Source: Lama glama (Eukaryota). Taken from it: a DNA stretch of 64,000 bases. Every line of letters starts with the position of its first letter. The stretch's first letter is position 1. The notes below the pieces were generated by a model. The model saw only the letters and a program-made list of their open reading frames with translations. It was not told where the DNA came from and did not search any database. Where the stretch lies: NCBI GenBank assembly GCA_028534125.1, contig CM052816.1, forward strand, positions 37,078,001 to 37,142,000, given 5' to 3'. The translations under genes and the position numbers were made by a program. Positions 27,001-39,100 of the stretch are shown piece after piece.

Positions 27001-27586
27001 CCTACAAACATTTCTCAGTGAACATCCAATTATACAGATTAAATAAATTTAGACCATGCAAACAGACATTAATAAGTATTGGGAATAACATTAAAAAAAA
27101 TGAGTGTGAGATATACCTTGGTAATCTGAACTCCCACAATTGTATTTTACCGAGTTACCGATACTGCTTTGCATCCTGTATCTTGGTTGGCTTCCATACG
27201 AAGGATGCCATCTTAGCACTTTCTTTTCAGAAGCCGTATATCTTACCTTCCCAAAAACAAAACTCTAAAGAGTGAAGCTCAAAGAGGAATGGGTATTTCT
27301 TATCCACCTATATAAAGCTTACTTTATGCATCTTTGTCTTCTTTGTAATTATCATCCCCTTCTCAATGTGAATGAAAGGAGAGATGATTACCCCTTAAAG
27401 GAAACACTAAGCCTACTAACAAGATTATGTTCTAAACCTACAGATGACGATAAAATAATAACTACCTCACATCTTTAGAAACTCCAACATTCAAATAATG
27501 GAAAGCTTTTAAATGTACAGTGTCAGGAGTATATTTCATTATGACTCATTTTTACTTTATCTCCTAAAAATTTCTGATCAATAAGA

Positions 27587-27829
27587 CAAAGGTCAGAATT
27601 TTTTTTTTTTCTGTAAAGGGACAGATAGTAAATATTTTAGGCTTTGCAGGACATACTGCCTCTGTCACAACTACTCAATCTTTCCATTGAACACCGTCAT
27701 AGCTTTCCACTGAACACCAGCACAGCTAATCCATAAAAAAATGAGTGTGGCTGTATCCTAAAAAAAAAATTATTTACAAAAACAGGCAATGGACTGAATT
27801 TGGTCCTTAATCATAGGTCACAACCCCTG
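27587..27829 (+). mobile_element. MER58A (hAT-Charlie MITE)
   Basis: CTGTAAAGGGACAGATAGTAAATATTTTAGGCTTTGCAGG...TCTGTCACAACTACTCAA...TGTGGCTGT...TTATTTACAAAAACAGGC...ACCCCTG. Contains a small internal tandem duplication (TTTCCAYTGAACACC twice). Confidence 0.92.
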
Positions 27830-30800
27830 ATTTAAGAAATTAATATATGCAGTGTTCTATTTTCTAGTTTTTATTCTTTTCCAGTGGCCTGTCTATAATC
27901 ACAAATTGACTTCATAAAACTCTAATAGCTTTATGGGGCAATATAAGTTGGGCTTTGTGGATCTTAATTAAAGAAAAAATAGTTCTCCATTGTTTGGACT
28001 CAGTTTTTTTAAAGGTAGTAGATGGAGGTTAATACATTATTATTGATGTAATTGATATTTGAATATGTAGCTTGAATATTTCCTAATTGAATTTTTATGA
28101 ACCCCAGAACTAGATCAGTTTGCCTGCTGAGTTAGGGAAGGTGATGGGCAGTTCCAGGCCTCTGCATGGAGGAAGACCCCAGTAAAACAAAGTTTGAAGA
28201 ACTGGGGAATAACAGAGAGCATACTTGCTATATGGAAGCTCAGTCAAAGGATTAAAAAAGAGAAAGGGGTAAATACAGATCTCTAGTCTTTTGTTTGGTT
28301 GTTTCCTTCTAAGCTGCATTATGCCAGTTAAACTATTTCTGTCTGATGTATTCCCATCCAAGGGTGGTATGAGGGGGGATGGTGGGAGAGAGCAGCTATC
28401 TCTCAGAACATTCTGTTCCCAGGAATTAAAACAACCCATCCAATTGAAAACAAGATGCAGAAAAAAAAAATATCAGTTGCACTGCACAATATGGTTGCTG
28501 TAAATTACCAAAATCAAAGTTAAAGAGATTCATTTACTAGTCTAATGTTTAATGCTACAACCCCAGCCTGAACCAAAGACACTTTGCTTCCTCAAGTACT
28601 GTTCCTGTTCATTTCTCATATATCTCGGCCCGATGTATAGATATTGAGGGTAATATCTTCATAGAGTACCAAAAAAATGTGTTTTTTAGGTCATGCTTAC
28701 TGTATCCAGTTCTCTATGAAAGTTCTTTTTGCACCTCATCACATCCCCCACAGAATTAATTGCTTCCTTCCCTAGTGTTTCATTAAACCCTGCTCAACAC
28801 ACTAGAAGATAACTTTTAATACAATATTATGAATGGTTTTCCTTCCTCAGTTGACCATGATTAACATGTTATATTCCTAATATGTTAGTCATGATCAATC
28901 AGGAGAAGCAAATATGTACAATGATCTAAAATACCATATATATATATGAGTAGTATTATGTCTATAAATGTGTAACATTAATACAGGAATATAAAAATCT
29001 CTATTGAGTTTAGTAAGGATAACTGAATATCTCTAAAGAAGGATGAAAAGTATTGAGATTTATGTGTCATGGATTTCTTCGTGTGATTGGGATTTGAGTA
29101 TTGCAGGAGAGGTTAAGAGCTTCTCGGTGTCTCTCAAATTATGTCTCCATGATTACAAATCTGTAGCTAGAATTTAGGATATAAATTATCCTAAATAATT
29201 TTGTGGTTTTGATGTAGGAAATAGAAACTCAGAAAGAAAGTTTAAGAGAGTAAACTAACAGGATTGTAAAAGTATATAAAACATGAACAGTCATGGAGTT
29301 TCCTTATATATTAATTAATATATTAAATAATACTTGATCCTGTAAAGAGTATTTTATTAGGGCCATATCTGATTCCTAATAATTTATTGAAATGATATCT
29401 CTTTTATACAATATGTTGTTTAATGATCTAAGATTTCAAAAATATTTCAGATCACCTACTAAGTTATTTTTTCTTAAATTATTTCAATCTTCATATATGC
29501 TTATATATAACTGATGTTTGAATTATGATATCAGCTACAAAACAAAAAATACCTTACAAAAAAGCAAGAAAACTAGTGTTCTGGAGAATTCTCTTTATTT
29601 TTGTCACTATTGATAGATACATTGCTAAGGAAAATAATGGATATATAAGTTAAATACCAAAAATATATATGTATTTTTTTATTAAAAGGGGATATTTACC
29701 ATGAAACAAGAAAAGTTTTTATTCAAAATACACTATGTTCCAGACCCCATGTGTGTGATTTTATTGAATGACATTACAACTTTTCATTTAACACACATTG
29801 GAGGTCCTAAATGTCACAAAGCAGAGAAGTGGAATAAGCTGATTCTATTTTTTTAAAAATGAACATCATAATGGTAATATCAATATTATGTTGAAAACAT
29901 AAGTGATAATTATGTATAAACTAAACCTTTAAAAATTTGTCAACCAGTATCTATGGAGCTCCTAGTATAGGAGCTTTAATTGTCTAAATGGACTAGTAAA
30001 TAGTCCTAATAAATAAGTTTTAATAGTCTAGAGCATATAAATATGTAAATAAGAATATAAATTTACTCTGAATAACATATTCTCTTAGGAATTTAAACCT
30101 GTTAGCTTTTGATATAAACATATTTTTCTTATCACATTGAACTAAATCTCAATTCTATTTGCATATTCCCAATCAAGAAGTTTTACCTGAGAATCAGTCC
30201 TGGGGAAAAAATGTGTCAGTTCTAAATATGAAAGATAAGCCAAAATATTAGATAGCTTTATTAGATTTTATTTCACAGCTTTCCCTCTTGTCTATTGTGT
30301 TACATCAATATCCTTTGGATTGACTACACTGAATACTTGCAATGTTTTTCACTTCATTTAAAAAAATTAGAGTAATTTTTAGTGGTCCTGTTTTTTTTTT
30401 AATTATTATTTCCTAGTATATAATCAAGTCAATCACAGTTTCTCCTTATCTTGATCTGTGAAAAAAATTAAAAAATGGAATTTTTGGAAATGAGTACTTT
30501 TAGGATACTGAAATCAATATAAAAAAACCTAGCTGAAATATTTTCTATTCATATTCTGGTTTGTGTACTAGCAATGTAGATTTTTAGTTTTTTCCCAAAG
30601 CAGTCATATCTTTCTCTTATAAAACATTATCAATACCTTTTATATTTTATTCAATACTGTGTATCTCTGATTCATTTTAAATAAACATGTAACATTTACT
30701 TAGAAAAATGTGTAAAACTTTTTAATGTTTGAGATATCTGCATATAATGTATATATGCAAATATAGAGAGAAAATTATGAGTGCCATAGATATATTGTAT

Positions 30801-31294
30801 CAATAATTTTTAAATGAGTAATTAGTTACAGAGAAGTTCTTCAGATTACTAGGACAATGCACATAATCAGATCTGAAAAAATATTGAATGTTATGTAAAT
30901 TTTGTTAGGCTCGTTTGAGGCTTTGCCTAATTATTGCTTATTTAAAGAAATCTATAGCATCTTCTGTTACACGAGATTGAAAAGGGGATCATTCACAGAA
31001 GAGTGGTGCTAGGGGTACCATGCTATGCACCTAAGTTAAAGGGTAGAATGTGAGTTCTACTCTTTTTCCTTTGAGAAGATGTTCTGTATGCTCTCACCCT
31101 TATAGCATCCCTTTTAAACTTAATCTTATATTGTTATCAGGTTAACTTGTTAGAGCTTGATTTGTTTATAGTCTACTTATTTACTCTATTTTATTTACTA
31201 ATGCTAGACCTTATGAAGAACATCAGTGACTCTTAAAAGGTGCTTCCACACCAAACAAGTAAGATTATGTTAATTAATGTGGGATATTCAAAAC

Positions 31295-31395
31295 TATGTA
31301 ATTGATACTTAACATACATAGGTTCCTATGTATGTAATTGATACTTACATACATAGGTCCCTATGTATGTCATTGATAATTACATACATAGGTCC
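31295..31395. repeat. Minisatellite, about 3 copies of a 35-bp self-complementary unit
   Basis: Units tatgtaattgatacttaacatacataggttcc / tatgtatgtaattgatacttacatacataggtccc / tatgtatgtcattgataattacatacataggtcc. Confidence 0.92.
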
Positions 31396-32299
31396 ACCTT
31401 CAATGACATTTCTGAGTAAAAACACCTAAATAAGAACAATTGCCTATTTCTGATTTATGAAGAAGGCTGTAAGTACAGAGTCAGCTCCCATTTTTCCTGA
31501 TAATAGTAGTTATAAGATAAGGAAGGAGAAAAAAATCGATGAGGACTATGAAAAATAGATAATGTGGAGATAATATAATCTGAATATGTGTTTTCTACAT
31601 TAACTATCTGAAATTGGGCTGAGATGTTACATTGTCTACTGACATGTTAGTGGACATCAGGGGGTCAAAAGAAAGTTAAGAAGCATCTCTGTTTCCTTTA
31701 AATTACTCCAGGCCTTGAAAGAATTAGCAACTATTAAGAAAGCAGAAATGAGAGAAGATTATTGTAATCCCTCCATGTTCAGAGCCAGAACTCCTTATAG
31801 AACATGCTCTTTGTCTTTGAAAAACATATGAACTTGTTTTGGGGATCTTTCAAACATCAAACTATAATTTTAACAGATAATTTTGTTGATATACAATATT
31901 TGATAATTATTTTTATTATATAATATCAGTATTCTAAAACACCAATGTGAATGCAGAAATAGAAAACACTTTTTTTCAGTGAGACCAATAATTATGAGTA
32001 GATAGAACCAATAATTTTTTAAGTTGTACAATTGTATGGATCAAATGAAATGTTTTAGTAAAAAAATTAATCATCTTGTTCTGCCATTGTACCTTTTCAT
32101 CTTATACTTTTAATCAGTGCAGTGTATAACTGAAAAAAAGGAAAAAACACTAAAAATAACTCTTGGACAAATTTTTTTTTTAATCATTCTTGGTTTTTGT
32201 CACGCTACACATACCAACTGTGAATTTGCATGAATAGTGATGTATAAGATCAATTGTGCAAGAGACTTTGGCATGGAGGTGTCCAACCTACAGCATCTT

Positions 32300-32520
32300 C
32301 GAAATTATCCTCATCCAACTCACTCACTGTCCCTAATCAAAAAGTACTCATGACCACCTTATTGTAGCAATGCAGCTGGACTAGAGGAGGACATCTGACT
32401 CAAGAATAGCCAGTCAACATATCAGCCAACCCCATTTGACCTGATGTGTTGAACTGGCTAAGCCAATCAAACATCCTTTCTCAGAAATGGAAATTAAGCA
32501 GTTAAGAATGGGAGTCCAAG
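32300..32520 (+). mobile_element. Old MaLR LTR fragment (MLT1M/N-like)
   Basis: TGGACTAGAGGAGGACATCTGACTCAAG...AGCCAATCAAACATCCTTTCTCAGAAATGGAA resembles old MLT1 LTR motifs. Confidence 0.45.
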
Positions 32521-32969
32521 GTGAAAATGTTACAAGTATTCATAGAAACCCAAAGTTTTGAGAAAATACCGGTTATAGTTTAGAAGAGGCAAGAACTATG
32601 AGTGAACAGAAGCTGTAAATTAATATTTCTCACACAATGGAGAAAAATAAAAGAGTTGTAGCACAAGGACCAAAGTGTGTAGGGAGTAATGATGGACATT
32701 AGTGGTAAACATTAGAGTAAAAACATGTAGTTTTGTTCTCATCCTGTTACTGCCCTTCTTGAATCTAGGATGTTTGGCTTGTTATAGTACATCTGAAATT
32801 CTGTTCTTCACAAGTACATGAACTTAGATAACTTAGATAAGTGACAAAGTATGGATTTCTTTGAAGGATAAACAAAACAGAATTAAACTAAGAAACAAAA
32901 ACCTTTTAATGCATCTTTGGAAAAATGAAGTGGAATGGAGAAACTCTCTTTCAAATTAAGTAGACAGAA

Positions 32970-33195
32970 ATTACAGTATAGCAAAAACAGTAAGTTTGGT
33001 TCCAATCATAAATCTTCCACTTTATAGCTATAGGATCTTTAGCAAGTTACTTAACTTCTGTTGAGTTTACTTTGACATCTACAAAGTGGAGGTAAAATTT
33101 ACACTTGTCTCAGAGAGTTAATATGATGAATAAATGTTAGTATGTGTAAAGTGCTTAGAGGAATACCTGAGGCATAAGATCTCAGTGAATGGTCA
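32970..33195 (+). mobile_element. MIR SINE
   Basis: GCAAGTTACTTAACTTCTG...CATCTACAAAGTGGAG...ATGTGTAAAGTGCTTAGAGGAATACCTG...CTCAGTGAATGGT. Confidence 0.8.
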
Positions 33196-36100
33196 CATGT
33201 TTAAAATACTTGTCACCTGTATTTTGACCAAAAATTGTCCTAATATCTTTTTATCAAAAGATGATGCTCTTGCATAATAATAGCATAGATACTAATACTG
33301 TGTGTTTGATTCTATTTCTTATAGAAATAGAAGTTATTTGCATAAAATTAGTTTGTATGGTTTATTTGAATGCAAACAGAACCAAGATGCAAATTCTTTG
33401 TTTTTCTAGTAGAATTGACCATGGAAATAATACTTAAAACTCTCCTTTGTAGAGGAAGTAACTATTGGCTGTAGTTCAAGTCATGGACACATAGGTTGAA
33501 TAAAGAAACTGCAGAATATTAACTTTCAGCCATTTCACGTCATAGAAAACATGGAGTCAAAGGGAACATTTACACTTATTGTGAAGTTTTGAAAGGCTAT
33601 GGATTACTTTCTTCTAGGAAAACATAGAACTTGAAAGTTAAAAGTTTTCAATTTACTGTTGAAGGTATGGTTGTCACATAGTCCATAATTTAATTGTAAA
33701 AGTCTAAGAATTTATGAGAGAGACAGAGAGAGTTAGTGAATTGGAGAGAAGGATAAAAAAGGATAATAAAGTAGATTTTCTATTTTATATTTTCCATTAA
33801 GAGGTTTGTTCTATATATCTCCTATGTTTTTGTTCTTGGACATACTTTTCTTTCTTTAGTTAAGTACATTCAGCAAAGCCACTGGAAGGAAAGTACAACT
33901 GTTGTGAATAAGTACTGTTGACAGGCATCCTCTCATTTGTAGCAGAATCAGAAGGAGGCATCCCTAAACATCTAGGGTGTTTCATCAGTTTAGGGACTTT
34001 TAGGGAAATGAATGATTTGGCACAATATATAATTTAGGTTAAAACTCTGGAAAATAAATTTATTGTAAAGTTTAAATAGGTAAATTACAGCATACTCCAT
34101 CTTGAACATACTTTTAAAAGGTTATAGCAATGAACATGATCCAGGAGAGGTTTCCATTTTCCCTGTTGCTTGATTTTACACTCCTATTGGTTGAATTAAT
34201 CTTCAAATTAATGATTACCAAGTAACATTGCGAATTGGTCTTCTATAGCATGAATCTAACTACCGTGTTTGTTTTATCATTAATCTTGTTGGCCATTATA
34301 TCATTTATTGTTCATTATAGCAAGAGATAAATTGCACAAATGTTTAATATTGTTAGTTCAGCTTGGCTGCTTTCTTTAGTGACAGTAATTCTACAGAGCA
34401 GTTGGGCAAAATCAATGTCTTATGCACCATTTATATTAAATTACGCTTGTTATATGATTGAATCAACACTGCATAGAGTTTTCTCAAGTTAATTGATCAA
34501 CTCCTACAAAACAAATTAATATGATACATCAAACTTACGGAATTGTCGTCCAGAAAGAACATAATAAAACATCCATGCTGGAAGAAAACCAGTATTCCTC
34601 AGGGAATAATGAAATTCTCAGCCCTAATCAAATGGCTAGCTAAAAGTAATAGAAGAAAGAATGCTAATGTAAATTCAAAGGGAGATATTTCTACTTTTCT
34701 AGGATTTAAGATATTATGTCAAATAATATAACTGTACTTGTTGAAACATTGCTGTTTTTTGATCCCCCTCCAATCACCTGTCTCTAATCAGTTAAAAAAA
34801 GTGTAATCCAAAAAATCACTTAGAAGGTTTTTTTTTCACTTTTCTAGTTCAAATAGCTATTATAGGAGCCATCTTCCTAAAACTGAATCTTAATAAGTAA
34901 TCTGTGTGCCACTTTTCATGTTTTAGCAAATTAGCTCAATTTTAATATTGTTAAAATATATTTCTTTTTGAGAGCAGGATGCCAGATTTACCCACTGTGT
35001 TAAATATCACTGTGTCTTATAATCATTAATATGTTCACTAGGGTTCCAATGTGAATTAAGGGTTAGTTAAAGAAACTAAATTTTTTGTAAATAAATATTA
35101 TACCAATTAAAAAAAAATTTAGTCATTATGGTTTTGTAAACTTGGGATTTTGACATTTTGTGCCAATGCAAAATGTACACACATACATACAAACTACTGT
35201 TGCACCTCACTTAGGCAAGTATTATATAAGTTAATTTTAAAAATATATGTAAATCCAATGTGTTTATTATATGTGACTTGAAAATTATTCAATCCTACAT
35301 AAAATATTTTACTTTGTTTAGGTACAATGTTCAGTTTAATCATTTGAGTGCACTTAAAGTAACAGTAATAAGTAAGAGAAGAAACTAAAGTATTTACAAT
35401 AAATAAATAATCAGCGGCAGGGTACTTCACCAAGGAAGTGAGCATAAAACTAGAAGAAAAACATTTTAGGCTACCTTTGCCATGTTTTGCAAAGATGAGT
35501 ACTTTGAACAATATTCTGTTTATCTATGTTTAGATAAAGACAAAGTGGTTTGTCTAAATGTTAATATAGAGTATGGGTCTCCCTTTCAGTTCTTTCTCCT
35601 GCTCAATGGCATACCTTTTCTTTTCTCTCCCAAAGTGTCCCTTAAGTATTTAGATATAACCCTTGGAAAAGGATGGTAAGCTAAACTTGGTAGTGACTTA
35701 GTCCTTTCAATCTGCTCTGAGTAAGATTCAGTTAAAAACTGTATGCAAGTTTTCTGAACAAACGCAGAGAAACTGTCTTCTTTTTAAGATAAATGACAGA
35801 TTGTCAGTATGTTCCTTTTTGTTGAGTAGCATCTGTTGAGTGGAAGTATTAATTCCAAAGTATGGTTTTTTCTGTAGTTTTGAAAATTTTATTGAATTAT
35901 ATTCCCAAAGGACCCTAATTAAAATTATTTTAAATGAGCTATTAAAGAAATTTTTTTAAATTTTATATTTTAAAAAACTAAAGACGGAACATTTTACAGT
36001 GATAACATCACATCCTACATATTGTTGTGTCTTTTAGTAAAAACTGAATGGACATAATCCTTGTAGTCTTAGTTTACATATTCAAACTTTAATTTGTTAG

Positions 36101-39100
36101 ACAATTTATGTTTAGTTTGTTTTAAAAGTATGTTTCAGTATAATGATGTTATAATCATTTAAATTGAATTGCATGCAATATAAAACTATAGCTAATATAT
36201 TTCTCCAAAGAATGGACCAAAGTACATATTTACCTGCAAAATTAGTAAACTTAATAATTGGTTATTAAGAATATAAATAAGAAATGCTGTTAACATTGTA
36301 AAAATATTATGCTAAGTACCTTGATACAATTTTTGCTATAAAATATTGATATTTTTATTTATGTAGTAATATGTTGGCATGGAATTTTATAGAATGTTTA
36401 CTCTTATTCTCCATAAAAATTCATTGCAGAAGGTTGAGATACCATGACATTTTACTTTCACCGTGCCTGTGACCAACTGCGTCTGATTCATACACATTGT
36501 AGGATGTTGGAATAAATTAGGTGCAGGACCCAAACATTTTTATCTCTGTAGTATTCATTGTAACTAATTTAAGTAAATTTCCCAGAAATGGATTTTTTTC
36601 TTTTAAGATGGTTAGTGGAAATCTGAAACAAGGATTAACTACATCTTTTGTGTATATCTTTATAATATTAAAACTCTAGCTATTAAAAAAAATACTGAAT
36701 GACTTTTGTCTGGATATTATATGCCACATAGACACATATACCACAGAGACAGCTTTTTTTATACATTGGCACATAATTAAGGGCTTTGTTTTAGTTTATA
36801 AATTCTGAAAAATTACAAACTCTGAAAAGCATATTGGCTTGAATGATTAATGTATTATCATTTTTTTGGCCTTGTCATGACAAACTTCGAAAAAGTACCC
36901 TGAAACGCTGATGATTCTGCAGTCTCGTCAGAGATTTAGGATCCTTTGATGCTTTAATGACGTATTCTTAACTTGTGACAATTGACTTGTGGTACCAAGA
37001 TGTTGCCCCATTTTTGAGCATGTCATCAATTTTCCTGACAGCAAGAAGGGCAAGGGGAAAATGTCACACACATTTGGAGTCAACCATCCTCCGTCCCTTC
37101 ACTCATGCAACTGAAAGAACTTGTCAAAGATATAATTAACAACTTTCATGTATTGATGAGATTTGGTTCATTGATAAGAAATGTGTTATGTCAATACTCA
37201 GATCTACAAAGAAGAATGGAAAAATCAGACATACAGATGAAAAAGGGAAAAAAAAGAATATTTGCTATGGAAATTGCAATCTTTACATCTCTGTGCTACA
37301 GTTTTACGGAATAAATTTATCATCAATATTACTGTATTAAAATCATTTTCAGGGCACACTCTGTCCAGAAGCCAGAGTAACATCTGAGAGATTTTTGCTT
37401 CTGTATGAGAGTATCTTATTAGTGTAGAATGGGTATTGATATTAAGATGTTAACTCTGGCAAATACCCTGACCTGAAGTTGACTTAGTGGCCTTACACTG
37501 ATATTGAGTGAATTAAATTAAATAATGAATATAATAAGCATGGTACATACTTGATACTCAATAATTGTTAGTCCCCTCTGCCTACCTCTCTGTCTAATTT
37601 TCCTTTGTAGTCTGGGTAGGACATTTAAAATCTTTCCTTCTGATAATCAATAAGATACTGTTTCCAAAAATTCCATAAGAATGGGGAATGTTTCTTAGAG
37701 ACAAATCTTCATTATCTTAAACACTATTATCATTATCATAAGAATTTTCATCATTATTAATAAACTAACTGAATAGAGAACCCAGTGTTGCCCATTTATC
37801 AGGGCACAATAACTGACAGAATCTTTCAAACTCAGAATTAATTTGCAAATGTCCCTGTTTATATTTTTCTTTCCCAAGCAACTTATATAGTCTTCCTGGT
37901 CACAAATTTTCTAGTAGCTATTCTTTTTCATTATTGGGTTTTTTGTTTGTTTGTTTTTGTCTTACTGTTCTGTTCCCTTTTTGAAATATCTGCATACCAA
38001 ACTTCCACCAAGGCAGCTGTTAAATTGTTAAAAGAGTTTATATATTTAATAAGTAAATCTTAGAGTAAATTACTTAGAATGAATATTACTTAAAAGAAAA
38101 AAAAGTATTAAAAATTAGGCACATTTGCTTAGGGCCTCTTAATTTTAAGCCTCTCATATATTTCTAACTTCTTGATATATTACATGTTTAAGTTTTGAAA
38201 TATTTAATACTTTAAATATATTTCCATGATTGTATTTAAAATTAAGAACAATTTACTTTTTCTAGTTTCTTTTAAAAACCACCTGAAAATATGTATCTTC
38301 TTTACATTATATTAACAGTAAAATATGTAAGTAAAACAAAGTAAGATAAAACAAATGAATATTTCTTTTAATTTCACAATAAACCAGAAAGATTTTGTTT
38401 TATAATAATGAATATAAATAATTTTTCTTGTGAAATGGAATTATTGTATTAAAAATTAAATATCAAAAGATCAAAATATCAATTAGAAATTTTATTATAG
38501 AATTAAGAAATTATTCAATCAGCATAAAATATCAAACACATAAGACAAAAAAATGCTTGCCTATTTCTTGAATAAAATATATCATTTGACGCTCATTCGA
38601 GTAGGACAAAGGAAGTATTCTAAAATATGTATGATAATATGTCTGTATTTCTTGGCTCTTTTTCTCCCAGTTTCCCAAGATTCTTTAGAAATCAGCCTCA
38701 TTTAACACTCAGGTCTCATTCCTTGCTATCCTTTACAAACCCTCTGGTTTAGGTAGTCTCATCAGCTCAGCATGCAAATCTTCCTCTTAGAGACTTTTCT
38801 TTAAGTACCTCTTCCTGTCTTGGTCCAATTTCAAGGACAACTTTAAATAGTATCCCTTAGAAGAAGCCTCCAGGAATGCTTCAGTGTTTGGGGATAATTT
38901 CCTCAGACTTCACAGACCATTTTTGGTCTCAACCATTCATTTTCCCTGTCGAATTTGCTACCTTTTAATGTTTACATCAGATATTTCTTCTGTGCAACTA
39001 AATCATAAACTCTCTACAGGCAGATGTAATTTCTTATCCTCAAAGAATGGCATATGCTTTATTCATGTTTATTATTTCCAGTGATATAAAGAGCAATTTC

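Noticed and set aside
31295..31395. CRISPR-like array of palindromic 35-bp repeats
   Set aside because: The units are head-to-tail with no unique spacers, there are no cas genes, and the context is mammalian.
36900..37045. Possible C/D-box snoRNA (TGATGA...CTGA pairs on both strands)
   Set aside because: The C boxes lack the leading purine, there is no terminal stem, and I see no recognisable rRNA or snRNA guide.
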